A stretch of DNA of 64,000 nucleotides. Origin: Octopus vulgaris. Taxonomy: Eukaryota. Positions 1 to 13,680 of this stretch are shown here, in pieces. The stretch covers positions 23,436,001-23,500,000 of the forward strand of contig OX597829.1 of the NCBI GenBank assembly GCA_951406725.2, in the 5' to 3' direction. The translations under genes and the position numbers were made by a program. A model generated the notes under the pieces. The model ran no database searches. It worked only from the letters and a program-made list of their open reading frames with translations, and was not told the DNA's origin. How positions within the stretch are numbered: the stretch's first letter is position 1; every line of letters begins with the position of its first letter.

Positions 1-200
1 AGCACGTCGGGCGAAATGCGTAGCCGTATTTCGTCTGCCCTTAAGTGTTCTGGGTTCAAATTCCGCCGATGTCGACTTTGCCTTTCATCCTTTCGGGGTC
101 GATAAATTAAGTACCAGTTACGCACTGGGGTCGATGTAATCGACTTAATCCCCTTGTTTGTCCCCTCTATGTTTAGCCCCTTGTGTGTAGTAAAGAAATA
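1..200 (+). mobile_element. tRNA-derived SINE, family M (central GCCTTTCATCCTTTCGGGGTCGATAAA domain, possibly Meta-like), tail type A; 5' end cut by window
   Basis: B-box GGTTCAAATTCC; shared with many copies in the window. Confidence 0.85.
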
Positions 201-2888
201 TATATCACTTATGATGTATTCTATATTTTTCAACTAGAGCGTAATTGAGCAATATATGTTTTATAGTGATGACAAAATTTCCGTTCAAATGCCAATTATC
301 GGACAATTATCGAGTGTAACCGTTTTAAGTCGTAGTGGTTCTTTCTCTGTTGGCAAGAAATCTTCGCAAATAGGCATACGTATATTGTATAAATTTTATA
401 ATTGAAAAATTTACTATATTTTGTACGTATGAGTATATCAGCCTGCGAGCATAATAAAATGGACTCGCGGGTGCAATTTCGCCCGCGGGCGGGGATTTCT
501 CCACCCCTGTCCTAGACACTTCTAAAGAGACGGAATGATTATGGTTGGAAAACTTTGGTTCATAGATCTACTCGATTATAGCTGGCCTGGAATAAAACGG
601 CAACAATATGAGGTTGATGGTCTTAGATCTGTTCCCAGATAAGTGAAGGAATTTGGCCGCCTTTATTCGATCAAGTTGTAAGCCACTACCGAAATATTCA
701 ATAAGAGCGTTCTTAATTTAGAAGCGTCTGATTCCTGGTTTAAGCGTCTACCAGAGGAGGGTGAGTTCCAAAAGTACACCAAAGAACTGGAATTCTTTGT
801 CTGCATGATGACGCATCATGTCTAAACCGAATGACCTAATGTTGTCCAGAAAAACTAATTTTAGATTATAACGTTCCAGAACATTTTAACAAAATAACCG
901 TAAAATAATAAAAAAAAAAGAAAATTATGGATGCATTTTGGTTCGATATATTATTAAAAGAATTAAAATCTTGATATTTAAAAATGATATTGAAGTCATT
1001 TGATTTTAATCTGGAAGTGTCTATGTTGGGAATAAAGTGCTGGAATGATTTGCTGAAAGTCGGAACATAGTGAAAAAAAGCATTAGACGACGTAACGGCA
1101 GTAACAACTCCATGGGAGTTAACTCTTCCTGGCTTTATATTAATCGATAAAAGTTATTTCTGATTTGTAGAAGACTAGAAGAACCATGAATGATGATGAC
1201 TCACTACGGTAGAACGGATAAAACTGAACTGATCTATGCAAGTTCCTGCTGCAGTAGTGGTTCTATGGGGAGGGAGGGAGGGGTGGCTGCGTGCATGTGT
1301 ACGCGCACTTGTGTTTAAAAATGTGCGGTTGCGCGTGAATGTGTGAAAAAGCGTCTGCGGCGAAGGTGAAGATAGCGGCGGCGGTGGGGTGGGGCTTGGC
1401 GGCGGCGGGGTGGGGGTGGCGGGGTGGCGGTGTCGACGGCAGTGGTGGTGGTGGTGGTGATGGTGAATTGGGGGTGGGGGTGAGAGCGGCGCCGTTGGTG
1501 GTAGCGGCAGTAGTGGTTCTTGTAGTAGTAGAGGCGGTGCCGATAGTGGTGGTGATAAGGGCGTGGTGGTGCTGGATGTTATAGTTGTGGTGAGGGTGTG
1601 GTTAGAGAGGATGGGGATGAAGAGGAACGAAGGTGAAGAAGTGATTTTTTTTTTTGTGTTCTTTTTTTCTTTTCTTCGGGGGTTTTTCACTTTTTTATTT
1701 TGTGAAGATGAATGATTTATGAGAAATTTTTTTCCCATGACTGTTGCACATTAGTGCCAGTAAACATTTAAATAATTACTTCGAGATAATTAAAATAAGA
1801 TAAATAACAAATAAAAAAATAAATAAATTACAAAGTCCCAGGGTCGGTTTGTTCGAGTAATGACGGTGCTCCAGCATGGCTGCAGTCAAATGACTGAAAC
1901 AAGTAAAAGAATAGAATAAATAAAAGCAAGGATTGCCAAAAAGGTTGTGATACATTTACTAAATAAACCAAGATCATAATTTTGAGAAAATGAGTTCTTT
2001 GATAACCAGTGTACACAGATTTAGAAGATCCAAAGAAAAGAGATTACTGTCTATCGATAAATAAGTTTGGTCGCAGAGAGGAATAGAAACAGTGATAAAA
2101 AAAAATTAAAATTAGAAAAATAAAGAAATAAAAGAAAACACTAATGTTTTGGGTTAAGAATTCTTGGACTAAATATTGAGAAATTAGTGTGTTCAAGTAA
2201 TTTATATGTTTTTTATTGTTTACCTTTTACTTGTTTCATTCATTAGACTGTAATGGCCATGCTGGGGTACCACCCTGAAAACTTTTAGATGAATGAATCA
2301 ATCCTGGTACTTATTTATTTTAAGCCTGATATTTATTCCATCCTTTTCTACTCTAGGCACAATGCCCTAAATTTTTGGAGAGGGGTCCAGTCGATTAGAT
2401 TGACCCCCAGTACGCACCTGGTACTTAATTTATCAACCCCAAAAGGATGGAAGGCAAAGTCGACCTCAGTGGAATTTGAACTCAGAACATAGCGACAGAT
2501 GAAATATATATATATACATACAGGTGTATGTGTGGGTGTGCATTTATGTATTTCACGTGAGTGTGAGTGAGCATATGTATATATGTACATGTACATGGGT
2601 GTGTGTGCATGCATGTGTATGTATGTACATGCGCGCATACGCGAACCCTATGAGCACTTTTTACTTTCTTCCCTTTCCATTTTTTCCCTTTACTTAACGG
2701 TCATTTTCATAGCATTTTTGTTTTGTCTTAACAACTGACGGGATGCCAGGCAGATTTCCGCCCCAACATCCAAAACTTGGAGTTTTATTAAGGCAACCAA
2801 ATAATTGTCACATATTATATTACAGATAAATTCCTTTATTTACATAATATCAAGGTCTCCTTCATTCTTTTGTTGGCATACTATTACT

Positions 2889-3042
2889 AGGAGTGGCTGT
2901 GTGGTAAGTAGCTTGTTTACCAGCCACATGGTTCAAGGTTCAGTCCTACAGCATGGTATCTTGGGCAAGTGTATTCTACTTAAGCCTCAGGCTGAACAAA
3001 GCCTTGTGAGTGGATATGGTAGACAGAAACTTAAAGGAGGCC

Positions 3043-3081
<39 letters not shown>

Positions 3082-3261
3082 TTGTCTCCCCAACATCCTT
3101 TGACAACCAATGCTGGTGTATTTACATCTCCATAACTTAGCGGTTCAACAAAAGAGACCAAGACTTACAAAGAATAAGTTCTGGGGTCGATTTGTTCAAC
3201 AAAAGGCAGAGCATCAGCATGGCCATAGTCAAATGACTGAAACAAATAAAAGAATAAAAGA
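2889..3261 (+). mobile_element. tRNA-derived SINE, family C (CORE-like CTTGGGCAAGTG block, internal TG microsatellite)
   Basis: Same sequence as copies at 4002, 5126, 14262, 15473 and 42862. Confidence 0.8.
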
Positions 3262-3284
3262 ATATATACATGTGTGTGTGTATG

Positions 3285-3344
<60 letters not shown>

Positions 3345-3944
3345 AGTGTGTATGTTACTGTCTCCTTGCTTTGACATGATATTTGTAAATGATTTTCACT
3401 GTCATACAAGCAGTGTCATTCATTTTCAGTTTTCTGTGGAAACATATCCAGCCATGGGGAAATATTACATTGCCTAGAAAAAGGTGGGGGGTTAGCAATT
3501 GGAAGACCATCTGGCTGATAAAAATCTGTCTGACCCATACAAGCATGAAAAAAAGGAATGTTAAACCAATGATGGCAGACATAAATATATATATATTCTT
3601 CTGCACCAACCCTTTCCTTGTCATCGTTCCTCCTTACCCAACCTTCCCCACTGGTGCTTCCCTTTATTACCTGCACCCCCCCACTATCTCTCCCTCTCTT
3701 TCCACTGGTGGAACCTTTCTCAGCTAGACCCCCCCAACTCAACTCTAGAAAAAGCTCGAACCGATCGTGACCGATGCCGGACCCCCGGCCCCTGTGCAGG
3801 TGGCACGTAAAAGCACCCAATCGCCTGGGAAAAGGTGGAGGGTTAGCAATTGGAAGAACATCTGGGTGATAAAAATCTTCCTCATCAAAATTCTGTCTGA
3901 CCCATACAAGCATGAAAAAAAGGAATGTTAAACCAATGATGGCA

Positions 3945-4001
<57 letters not shown>

Positions 4002-4002
<1 letters not shown>

Positions 4003-4168
4003 GGCACAGGAGTGGCTTTGTGGCAAGTAGCTTGCTTACCAACCACATAGTTCCGGGTTCAGTCCCACTGCATGGCCCCTTGGGCAAGTGTCTTCTACTG
4101 TAGCCTCAGGCTGACCAAAACCCTTGTGAGTGGATTTGGTAGATAGAAACTGAAAGAAGCCTGTTGTA

Positions 4169-4229
<61 letters not shown>

Positions 4230-4430
4230 ATATGTTTGTGTGCCTGTGTTTGTCCCCTAACATCGCTTGACAACCAATGCTGATGTGTTTGCGTCCCCGT
4301 AACTTAGTAGTTTGGCAATAGAAACCAATAGAATAAATACTAGTCTTACAAAGAATACGTCCTGGGGTCAAGTTGTTCGACTAAAGGCAGGGCTCCAGCA
4401 TGGCCGCAGTCAAATGACTGAAACAAGTAA
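4002..4430 (+). mobile_element. SINE family C, full length
   Basis: Head GGCACAGGAGTGGCTTTGTGG to tail GACTGAAACAAGTAAAA. Confidence 0.85.
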
Positions 4431-4700
4431 AATAATTAATAATTAATAATTAATACAGAAAACTGTGTATTGGAAGCTTTATTTAGGACAACAATTGTTT
4501 CAGCTTACCTCTGCACTTATTCATAGTGGGTGGGGAACAATGTAATGGAGTTGAATGTACCCCATATTGCAGAATGTGGCCTGAGAAGGTTTCTTTTGCA
4601 ATATGGCATGCATTTGATTCTGTTACATCATTCTCCACCCACCAGGGAGCAGTGCAGAGGTAAGCTGCCAAAATGATCTTTGTCCTAAATAAAGCTTCCA

Positions 4701-4742
<42 letters not shown>

Positions 4743-5125
4743 TTCTGTATTAATTATATATATATAATACAAAATGTGACAAGAACACAAAACATCCAGA
4801 CAGACAATACAAAGAAAACAAGGACGGGTCATTCAGAGTTTTCTTTCCTCAGTCGAGTTCCAGATTATCTTTGCAATTTCGGTTGCATATACTCGAGATT
4901 GCTCCAATCTGGCCAGCCCCAAGGAAAAACTAAGCTAAGAGTATTAGATTCCTTGGAAGAAAGCAGCGAATGCATACGAAAACAAGGACATAAAAGAATA
5001 GAGAAATGTTACACAAATACAAATGCAAATAACAGGACATAACAACAGGTGTCATATATATATACCCATGCGTGTATGTGTGTGTGTGTGTCTATGTGTG
5101 TGTAAAAGAAAAAGAACACAAATAG

Positions 5126-5296
5126 GGCGCAGGAGTGGCTGTGTGGTAAGTAGCTTGTTTACCAACCACATGGTTCCGGGTTCAATCCAACTGCGTGGCA
5201 TCTTGGGCAAGTGTCTTCTGCTATAGCCCCGGGCCGACCAAAGCCTTGTGAGTGGATTTGGTAGACGGAAACTGAAAGAAGCCTGTCGTATATATG

Positions 5297-5327
<31 letters not shown>

Positions 5328-5540
5328 TTGCGTGTCTGTGTTTGTCCCCCTAGCATTGCTTGACAACCGATGCTGGTGTGTTTACGTCCCCGTCACTTAG
5401 CGGTTCGGCAAAAGAGACCGATAGAATAAGTACTGGGCTTACAAAGAATAAGTCCCGGGGTCGATTTACTCGACTAAAGGCGGTGCTCCAGCATGGCCGC
5501 AGTCAAATGACTGAAACAAGTAAAAGAGAAAAAGAAAGAG
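5126..5540 (+). mobile_element. SINE family C, full length, CpG-retaining copy
   Basis: Near-identical to other family C copies. Confidence 0.85.
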
Positions 5541-5798
5541 AAAATGAAGTTTCAAATAAACAGTGTTCTTTTTTATACCTATACCACACCTAGAAACAAT
5601 CCCAAATCAGATCCATGTTTTAAATTGGATTTGGTACTTACATATCTACAGTTTCCTACCAACATGTGATACTTTCATTGTTGTTTCAACTCACTGTGAA
5701 TCTTATGCTATTGTACCTAGTCAATTTTGGCATCCTACATGCTGATGTGCCTAGATTCTGCCGAATCCTATAACTAATGTGTGTGTGTGAGCATGCGC

Positions 5799-5835
<37 letters not shown>

Positions 5836-6307
5836 TGTGATATTTAAGAATATGAGCTGCTAATAGTTTCTAACTTTGGAGATGCAGGTCTAGGCAGGTT
5901 TTCTTCAAGCAATCTCCAGGCTCTGTACACAGTCTGAAAATTAAAACATTGATACAAGAGACATTATGAGAAAAAAAGGAAAAGAAGATAGATGCAAAAA
6001 GTGGAAGGGTGAATAAAAACAGAAAAAGAAAAAGAAAAGAAAGTTAGAGTTATGTCCCTTTTGACTGTGAAACCATATCTAAGCTAGTTGTCATAGAAGA
6101 ATTCAATGAAGAGGAGCCCAAAGTCTGTGACACTGCTACTCAACTTCAAGAGGGTGATGTCTTCCAGTTTGCCTAAAGAAATTTGTACATATGTTTGCAT
6201 TTACAGAAATTTTCAGATCTGGAATTCAGTAGTGTGGTGGAATTGCTCTCTTTCAGCTATGCATTTGTTGCATATTTTTGATCAATTAATATATGGCATA
6301 TGTTAAT

Positions 6308-6660
6308 GGAGGAAGCATGTGGCTTAGTGGCAAGTGTGTTGGACTCATGATCATAAGATTGTGGTTGATTCCTGGACCGGGTGATGTGTTGTGATCTTGA
6401 GCAAAACACTTCATTTCACGTTGCTCCAATCCACTCAGCTGGTAAAAATGAGTAATCCTGTGATGGGCAGGAAATCCCATCCAGGTGGGGAATATATACG
6501 CCATTGAAACTAACACTTCATTTCACGTTGCTCCAATCCACTCAGCTGGTAAAAATGAGTAATCCTGTGATGGGCAGGAAATCCCATCCAGGTGGGGAAT
6601 ATATACGCCATTGAAACTAGGAAACCAGAACTCATGAGCCTGGCATGGCTCAAGACGGAA
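6308..6660 (+). mobile_element. tRNA-derived SINE (third family, TCTTGAGCAAAACACTT block) with an internal 107-bp tandem duplication
   Basis: A-box TGGCTTAGTGG; related copy at about 58549-58795. Confidence 0.8.
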
Positions 6661-6695
6661 CATATGTTAATAGATCCAAGACATGCAACACGTAT

Positions 6696-6733
<38 letters not shown>

Positions 6734-7176
6734 GGGTGGCTGCCCCTCGTTATCGAGTATGGCCATTGCATGAAGCTTAATCAATGTTGTTATCATGCAA
6801 TGCCTGTGCAAGAAGATTTTTTTTAAAGTGAGGAAAGGTTGTGCACTGAGTCAATCCCACTCACTAAGCAACAGCAGCCATAATCCGAAAAGAAGAACAA
6901 ATCATCATCATCATCATCATCGTTTAACGTCCGCTTTCCAGTAACCTGAGTTACCTTCTCCTAGAAGGATGCCCTAACAAAGGCTAGGAGTTCTTCACTC
7001 CCAATGGTTTAACCGCGCGATCAGGTATTCTGTACGATTATTTCTATGTCCCTGTGCATGATACAGCCCTTAGACATTTATTGGATGGCTGTTGACTCTC
7101 AAGAGTTCTAACGTATATATATACATATATACATACATATATACATACATATATATACATACATACATATATATAT

Positions 7177-7282
<106 letters not shown>

Positions 7283-7419
7283 ATATTCATTTTATCTAGT
7301 TTCAGCTCACGAGCTGTGGCCATGCTGGGGCACCGCCATATATATATATTATATATATATATATCCATGTATACATGTATACATGTGATATATATATATA
7401 TAATATATATATATGTGAG

Positions 7420-7704
7420 ATAATAGTTTCACTTCAATAAATTCAGTATTAGTAGTGAAACAATTAAACTGAAAGTATCTCACATTACAATCGAGAGATG
7501 TCATGGTTTCACTTTTAGCATGTAATACTGAAAGAGTATAAGAGATAAGAGATTGCTCCGGGCTCGCATTAGGCAAGAAGTTTTTAAGGCATGACACTGC
7601 ATGGACCATAAGGAAGGCATACATAAAATTTGAATGAAATCGGTTGGGTAGTTCTTGAGTTTTAGTGATGTGCACATACAGACACACAGACAAACACACA
7701 CACG

Positions 7705-7736
<32 letters not shown>

Positions 7737-7765
7737 TTCTCAGTTTTATATATATAGAGAGAGAT
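7420..7765 (-). mobile_element. Non-autonomous Helitron-like element, 5' part
   Basis: Minus strand starts ATCTCTCTCTATATATATAAAA, then GT/CTGT microsatellite and CCGATTTCATTCAAATTT; 3' end not identified. Confidence 0.55.
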
Positions 7766-7788
7766 ATATATGTATGTATATATGTATG

Positions 7789-7844
<56 letters not shown>

Positions 7845-8452
7845 TACATATATACATAGTGGAAATTTACAGAAAAGCAAAAGACAAGGACAGCTATATG
7901 AACAACAAGCATGTGTATTAATTTGATGCTCAGGAAAGTGAGAAAGTCTTTTATATTTCGAGCCTATGCTCTTCAACAGAAAGGAATATGAGAAAATAAA
8001 CACAGAGAGATTAAAAAACTTGTAGATTTAGCAGCTACACACATACACACACACACACATTAATGTTCGTTTCTATCTTCAGTTATAATCAAAACAATTT
8101 TACATTAATTTGATGGGTTACTCAATATTTTTGTAGAGTAAATTGGGAATTTATTCTTCTTAAACAAGAATGTTGATGATAGTGACTTTGAAGTTTGGGC
8201 CAGCTAACCCACCATCATTACATTACATGTATGTATATATATTACATACACACACATGTAACAGGCTACTACCCAGTTTTCATTTGTAATTTTCCTTCAC
8301 AAGACATTGGGTCTGCTGAAGGTATTAATAGAAGACCCTTGTCTCTATGTTGTGATGCGATAGGATTGAACTCAACAGCATGTAGTTGCAAAACCAACTT
8401 CTTAACCACACATCCATGCTTGCACCACATACAGACATGTATGTGTGTGTTT

Positions 8453-8491
<39 letters not shown>

Positions 8492-8736
8492 TGTGCATGT
8501 GTTTGCACGTGTGAGTGTGAGAGTATCTGTGTGTATGAAAGTTTGTGATTGTGTGTGTGTGTGTGTGTGTATAAATGTTTGTGTGAGTGTGTATGAGTGT
8601 CTGTAGGTGTGAAGTATGTTAATGTGTGTGTGTCAGATTGTGTGAGTGTGTAAGAGTGTATGTGTGTGTAAGTTTGTGCATGTGTGAGTGTGCATTGTGC
8701 ATGAGAGAGAGAGAAAGAATGTGTGTGCATATGTGT

Positions 8737-8805
<69 letters not shown>

Positions 8806-9054
8806 AGTGTGTGTGTGACTCAAGGACATGATAACTCAGGTCATCATGATAGCATTTCTATAACTGAAATGAAACATCAGCAGTCAATACTCCTTCCCTT
8901 GAATGTTCAGTTTGAAAGGGACAGCAGTTCTTCACAAGGGTGCTGCTGGAGCAATGTGAAATGAAGTGCCTTGCCCAAGCACACGATGTAACACCTACCC
9001 TGGAAACTGAGCATGAGATCTTACAACCATGAACCCAACACCCTAGCCTGGAAG

Positions 9055-9445
9055 GACAGAGGAATGGACAGATGAACAGATGGGGGAATGAATGGATGGA
9101 TGGATGGATGGATGGATGGATGGATGGATGGATGGATGGATGAACAGATGGATGGATGGACGGATGGATGAATGGATGGATGGATGGATGGATAGATCGA
9201 TGGATGGACAGATGGACAGATGGATTGGTGGATGGATGGACAGATGGATGGATGGATGGATAGATCGATGGATGGACAGATGGATGGATGGATGGATGAA
9301 TGGATGGACAGATGGATGGATGGATGGATGGCTAGATCGATGGATGGACAGATGGACGGATGGACGTATGGATGGATGGATGGATGGATGGATGGAAAAA
9401 TGGATGAATGGACAGTCAGCCAACTAGACAGATGGATTGATCGAA
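9055..9445. repeat. (GGAT)n/(GGAC) tetranucleotide satellite
   Basis: Directly visible. Confidence 0.95.
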
Positions 9446-10918
9446 CATAGATACAGATATAGACGTAAAGATAGAATTTATTTGAGCAAATCCAGGGTTT
9501 GATTTCTACTTTGGCACACACACACACAAGCATGCAGACACACACATACAAACACACTCACATGCACATGCATGTACATGCACACACACATGCAGGCATG
9601 CACACACAGAGGCACATATGTGCATACACACACACACATATACATACACACACTCATACACACATGCAGGCACACACATGCACACACACACACACACACA
9701 TACACACATGCATACACACAAGTGCATGCACACACACACACACGTTACATATCTTTCATTCTTTTACTTGCTTCAGTCATTAGACTGTGGCCATGCTGGG
9801 GCACTGCCTTGAAAAGTTTTTAGCCGAATGAATCAACCCCGATACTTATCATTCTTTTAAGTTTGGTACTTACTCTATCAGTCTCTCTCTCTATCTCACT
9901 CCCTCTCTCTCTCTCTCTTTCTCTCTCACCCACTCTCACATACACATATTTACGATGGGCTTTTTTCATTTTCCATCTAGCAGAGCCTCTCACAAGGCTT
10001 TGGTCAGCCCAAGGCTATAACAGATGACACTTGCCCAAGGTGCCACGGTTCAGTTTCTAATTCCTAATGTAGTCTCTAGTATTTTGTTGTTTCTTTTCCT
10101 GAAAAATCTATCCATACGTTGGATGGGAATCCTTTTAGTATAGTTCTGAAGACATATAGAGATGTCTTCATTAACAACCTGTCTTTGGGAGTTTTGAAGA
10201 CCTGAAATACCCTTCATCTACCACTGTGTCTCTGTTTTGTCTTTCTTGATTGTTGACATATATTCCATCAACTCACCTTTGTTACTATTTACGTTTGATC
10301 GCTTTTGTTGCACCTTTTGATGTTTTTGCTGTGGTTGTAGTATTTGGTAATGTTTTATTGTTGTTCATGGTGACGATGATGGTCGTGTAGTTTCAGATTT
10401 AGCTGTTGTGGTTTCAATCTTCTCTTGTCTTTGATGCCCTTGTTGTTGTGCCATGCATTTGCTGTTTTCAGAGGTCCAAGATATGTGGTGCATTGCTGTA
10501 CTCAAGAAGACCCAAACCCACCAACTTACAGCAGAATTGATGGTGCCATATAAAAACAATTAGTGTTGGTGCTGGTTCCACATAAAAACATAAAAAAGCA
10601 TTGGTGTTGGTGCCACAAAAAATGCACTGGTGCCCATAAAAAGCATTCATGATGGTGCCACACAAAAAACACTTGTACTGGTGCCATGTAAAAAGCACTG
10701 GTGATGCTGTTAAGTGAAAAAGCACCCAGCACACTTTTGTGAAGTGGCTGGCATTAGAAAATTCCTTCCAGCTGTAGATACCAAGCCAAAACAGACTACA
10801 GAATCCTGGTACAGCTGCTGGCCTTGTCATTTCCTGTCAAGCCATCCAACCCATGCCAGTATGAGAGCCATCCTTGTATGAGAGCGGGGTGCATGTTTGT
10901 GTTTATATATGCGTGTGT

Positions 10919-11146
10919 GGCGAGCTGGCAGAAACGTTAGCACGCCGGGCGAAATGCGTAGCCGTATTTCGTCTGTCGTTACGTTGTGAGTTCAAATTCC
11001 GCCGAGGTCGACTTTGCCTTTCATCCCTTCGGGGTCGATAAATAAAGTACCAGTTACGCACTGGGGTCGATGTAATCGACTTAATCCCTTTGTCTGTCCT
11101 TGTTTGTCCCCTCTATATTTAGCCCCTTGTGGGCAATAAAGAAATA
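10919..11146 (+). mobile_element. SINE family M, tail A, full length with 15-bp TSD
   Basis: TSD TATATATGCGTGTGT at 10904-10918 and 11147-11161. Confidence 0.9.
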
Positions 11147-11247
11147 TATATATGCGTGTGTGTGTGTATTTTTACATGTATGTGTGTGTGTATGTGTGAG
11201 TGTGTTTGTGTTGTTTTGAGGAGGAAGGGATACCTGAAAGATGTTAC

Positions 11248-11280
<33 letters not shown>

Positions 11281-13234
11281 GCTTTCTTTATGACTTCAAT
11301 CCACTTTTCTAATTTTTATTTTTATATTTTGTAGTGAAGCCATGTGGTCTTTTATTTGTCCCCCTCCCACACATTGAAGACAACTACTTATCATGTTCCA
11401 GTCTCCTCCTCCTCCTCCTCCTCTTCCTCCTTTGCAGGGAAATCAGAGATGACAAAAACTGTTTGACAGATGTGCTTGTGTCGCTCATGTCAGTGTTAGT
11501 ATTGACGCTAATGCTCGATTTGGGAGGGGAGGGCACTCTTGTGAGCCTTCATTGTCTTGAACAATTTCTTCTACTGGTTCTGTTCTGTTGCTCTCATCAT
11601 TTGTGGTTGTGACGTTTGATGCAAAGAGACTTTCCTGCCTATTTGCCCTCCTGGTTGCTTCCACAACTTTAATGAGTACCCTATTTTCCATGAAGATGAC
11701 GTTGGGAATCCTCTGGGGAAACTCTCAGATGTGAATGGCCACCCTGTCTTTATTTTGGTACTGCCTAGTTCTTTGAGGGGGACGGGGATGGGGTGTGAAG
11801 CCGTTTTATACGGATTATTTCATGATGCTCATACAATTTCATAGTATACTTTTTTTTATGTGCAATTTTGATGTCATGTCAGAGATTGTCACCTTATTTA
11901 CACATCTCCTCAGATATGCTGCCATTATTATGAATGTATTTGAGAAGCAGAGTAATGATAAATAGTGAAAACATTGCTGTTATTGTTGTCGATGTTGCCA
12001 AATTCGTTGTTGTAGTTGTTGTTCTTGTTATAGTAGGTAGCATTTTGCAACATCTCTCCTCCTCTTGACTCTGCCACTCTAACCCATCAGGTTCTTGAGT
12101 ATCTGATGTTGCTCATTCTTTGCCTCTCAAATCATTGTCCCTCTAACAGGGAGTCGGAGAAAGGCTAAGTTACATCTTTGTATGAGAGCGGGTGCAGGTT
12201 TGTGTTTATACATGTGTGTGTGTGTGTGTTTGTATTTTTACATGTATGTGTGCGTATGGGTGAGTGTGTTTGTGTTGTTTTGAGGAGGAAGGGATACCTG
12301 AAAGACTATTGTCGTCATTTGTTTATTTCCAACAATATGTTCCTCATCCACATTTTTCTATTCATGTTGATCCATGTTCATGGCAATGTGAGTGAACCAA
12401 TCACTCCAACACAGAACTTCATGGAGGAGACAACAAAAGGACCAAGATGACTGGTGATTTGCTGTGCTCAAAATCTGTTCATTTTTATAAAATTACAATC
12501 ATAAAAGCATTATGTTTATGTCTATACACTCACAGGGCCCTGTTCCTGCACCCAATCGTCCCCATCAAGCCTTTCATACCTCTCACCTTCATAACACCTA
12601 TCCCTCCATCACTCTTCTAACAATGGCACTATCATCCAGCTGCTGTAATCATATGACAACAGAATCTGCACATGTTTCGTTCCCCTTTATGCTACTTGTT
12701 GCCTTCTCCTCTCCCAGTAACCACTTCCTTTTAACATCCATCTCTCATTTTCAATATCATCCATTTTTCGCTTTATTTTCCACTAATCTTTTTCTTTGCC
12801 TCATGTTATCTCTCTCTTCCATCTAAAGATACCTTGTAGGACTGCCAGATCCCATCTCTGACACCTTCTTGTATCAACTATCATTCTCGACACACTCTCA
12901 AGTCTTCCCTCAATGGCCTTGTTGTGGTGATAGACAGTAACACTCCTCTAGGATGTTAAGATGAACTCACTGAACTCTTATAAAGAGTAATACATCTCAT
13001 GAGACAGTAGAGGGCATTTGGAGTCTCATATAGCAGTAATCGAAGTACGCTGTGTGAATACATTGTTTTACCCCCACTTCGTTAAATCATATATCCAAAA
13101 CGCAAGGAAATAAAAGGCTACCCCCTCCCTCCATCATCCCACTCACTATAGTACCTTGGGTGGATATCTCAACACCACTGCTCCCACCCTGCATATCATG
13201 TCCTTTTTTTTATATTTTCTGATATCTACAGATT

Positions 13235-13680
13235 TACACTGCAAAGCTGTGACATGAGGAGATATTGATAATTTGGGTATAGCTGATCATGTATGGAAAA
13301 ATGGAAACCACCTCCCCCTGTGGGATGAAGTTAAAATAATAGACAGAGAACACCAATGGAAAATACAAAAACTAAAAGAAGTAGTACACATGCTAGGACA
13401 CAACAACCTCCTAAGCAGACTGAGTGAAGATATGAGCAGCATATGGGAACCGGTATTAAGGAAGGATAGAAAAATATTAGATTTATAAGCCCTAAAATTA
13501 ACTCCATAATTGCCCATGGGCATATGGCGTAGTGGTCAAGAGTGTGGGCTAGTAACCCCAACATTCCGAGTTCGATTCCAGACAGTGACCTCAAGAAGGA
13601 GAAAGAGAAGCCAAAATGTGTTAACAACAAACAAGATGAGGACAAATAATTCCTCATCTCTTAAATATAGAACTGTATTA
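13235..13680 (+). mobile_element. Penelope-like element 3' end: GIY-YIG endonuclease C-terminus followed by tRNA-like segment
   Basis: GIADHVW..NH...WDEVKIIDRE..WK..KLKE...L.R......IWEP matches the PLE endonuclease C-terminal pattern; A/B boxes follow the stop codon. Confidence 0.75.

Noticed and set aside
1188-1232. C/D-box snoRNA (ATGATGA...CTGA)
   Set aside because: Too short, no convincing terminal stem, and the box C match falls in a GAT repeat.
1175-1738. 187-aa Pro/His-rich ORF
   Set aside because: Low-complexity GGT/GGC tract with no recognisable domain.
4825-4900. Minus-strand CTGAGGA hammerhead-like motif in a repeat at 4770-5055
   Set aside because: GAAA is altered and stems I and III do not pair convincingly; possibly Penelope-derived but not supportable from this copy.
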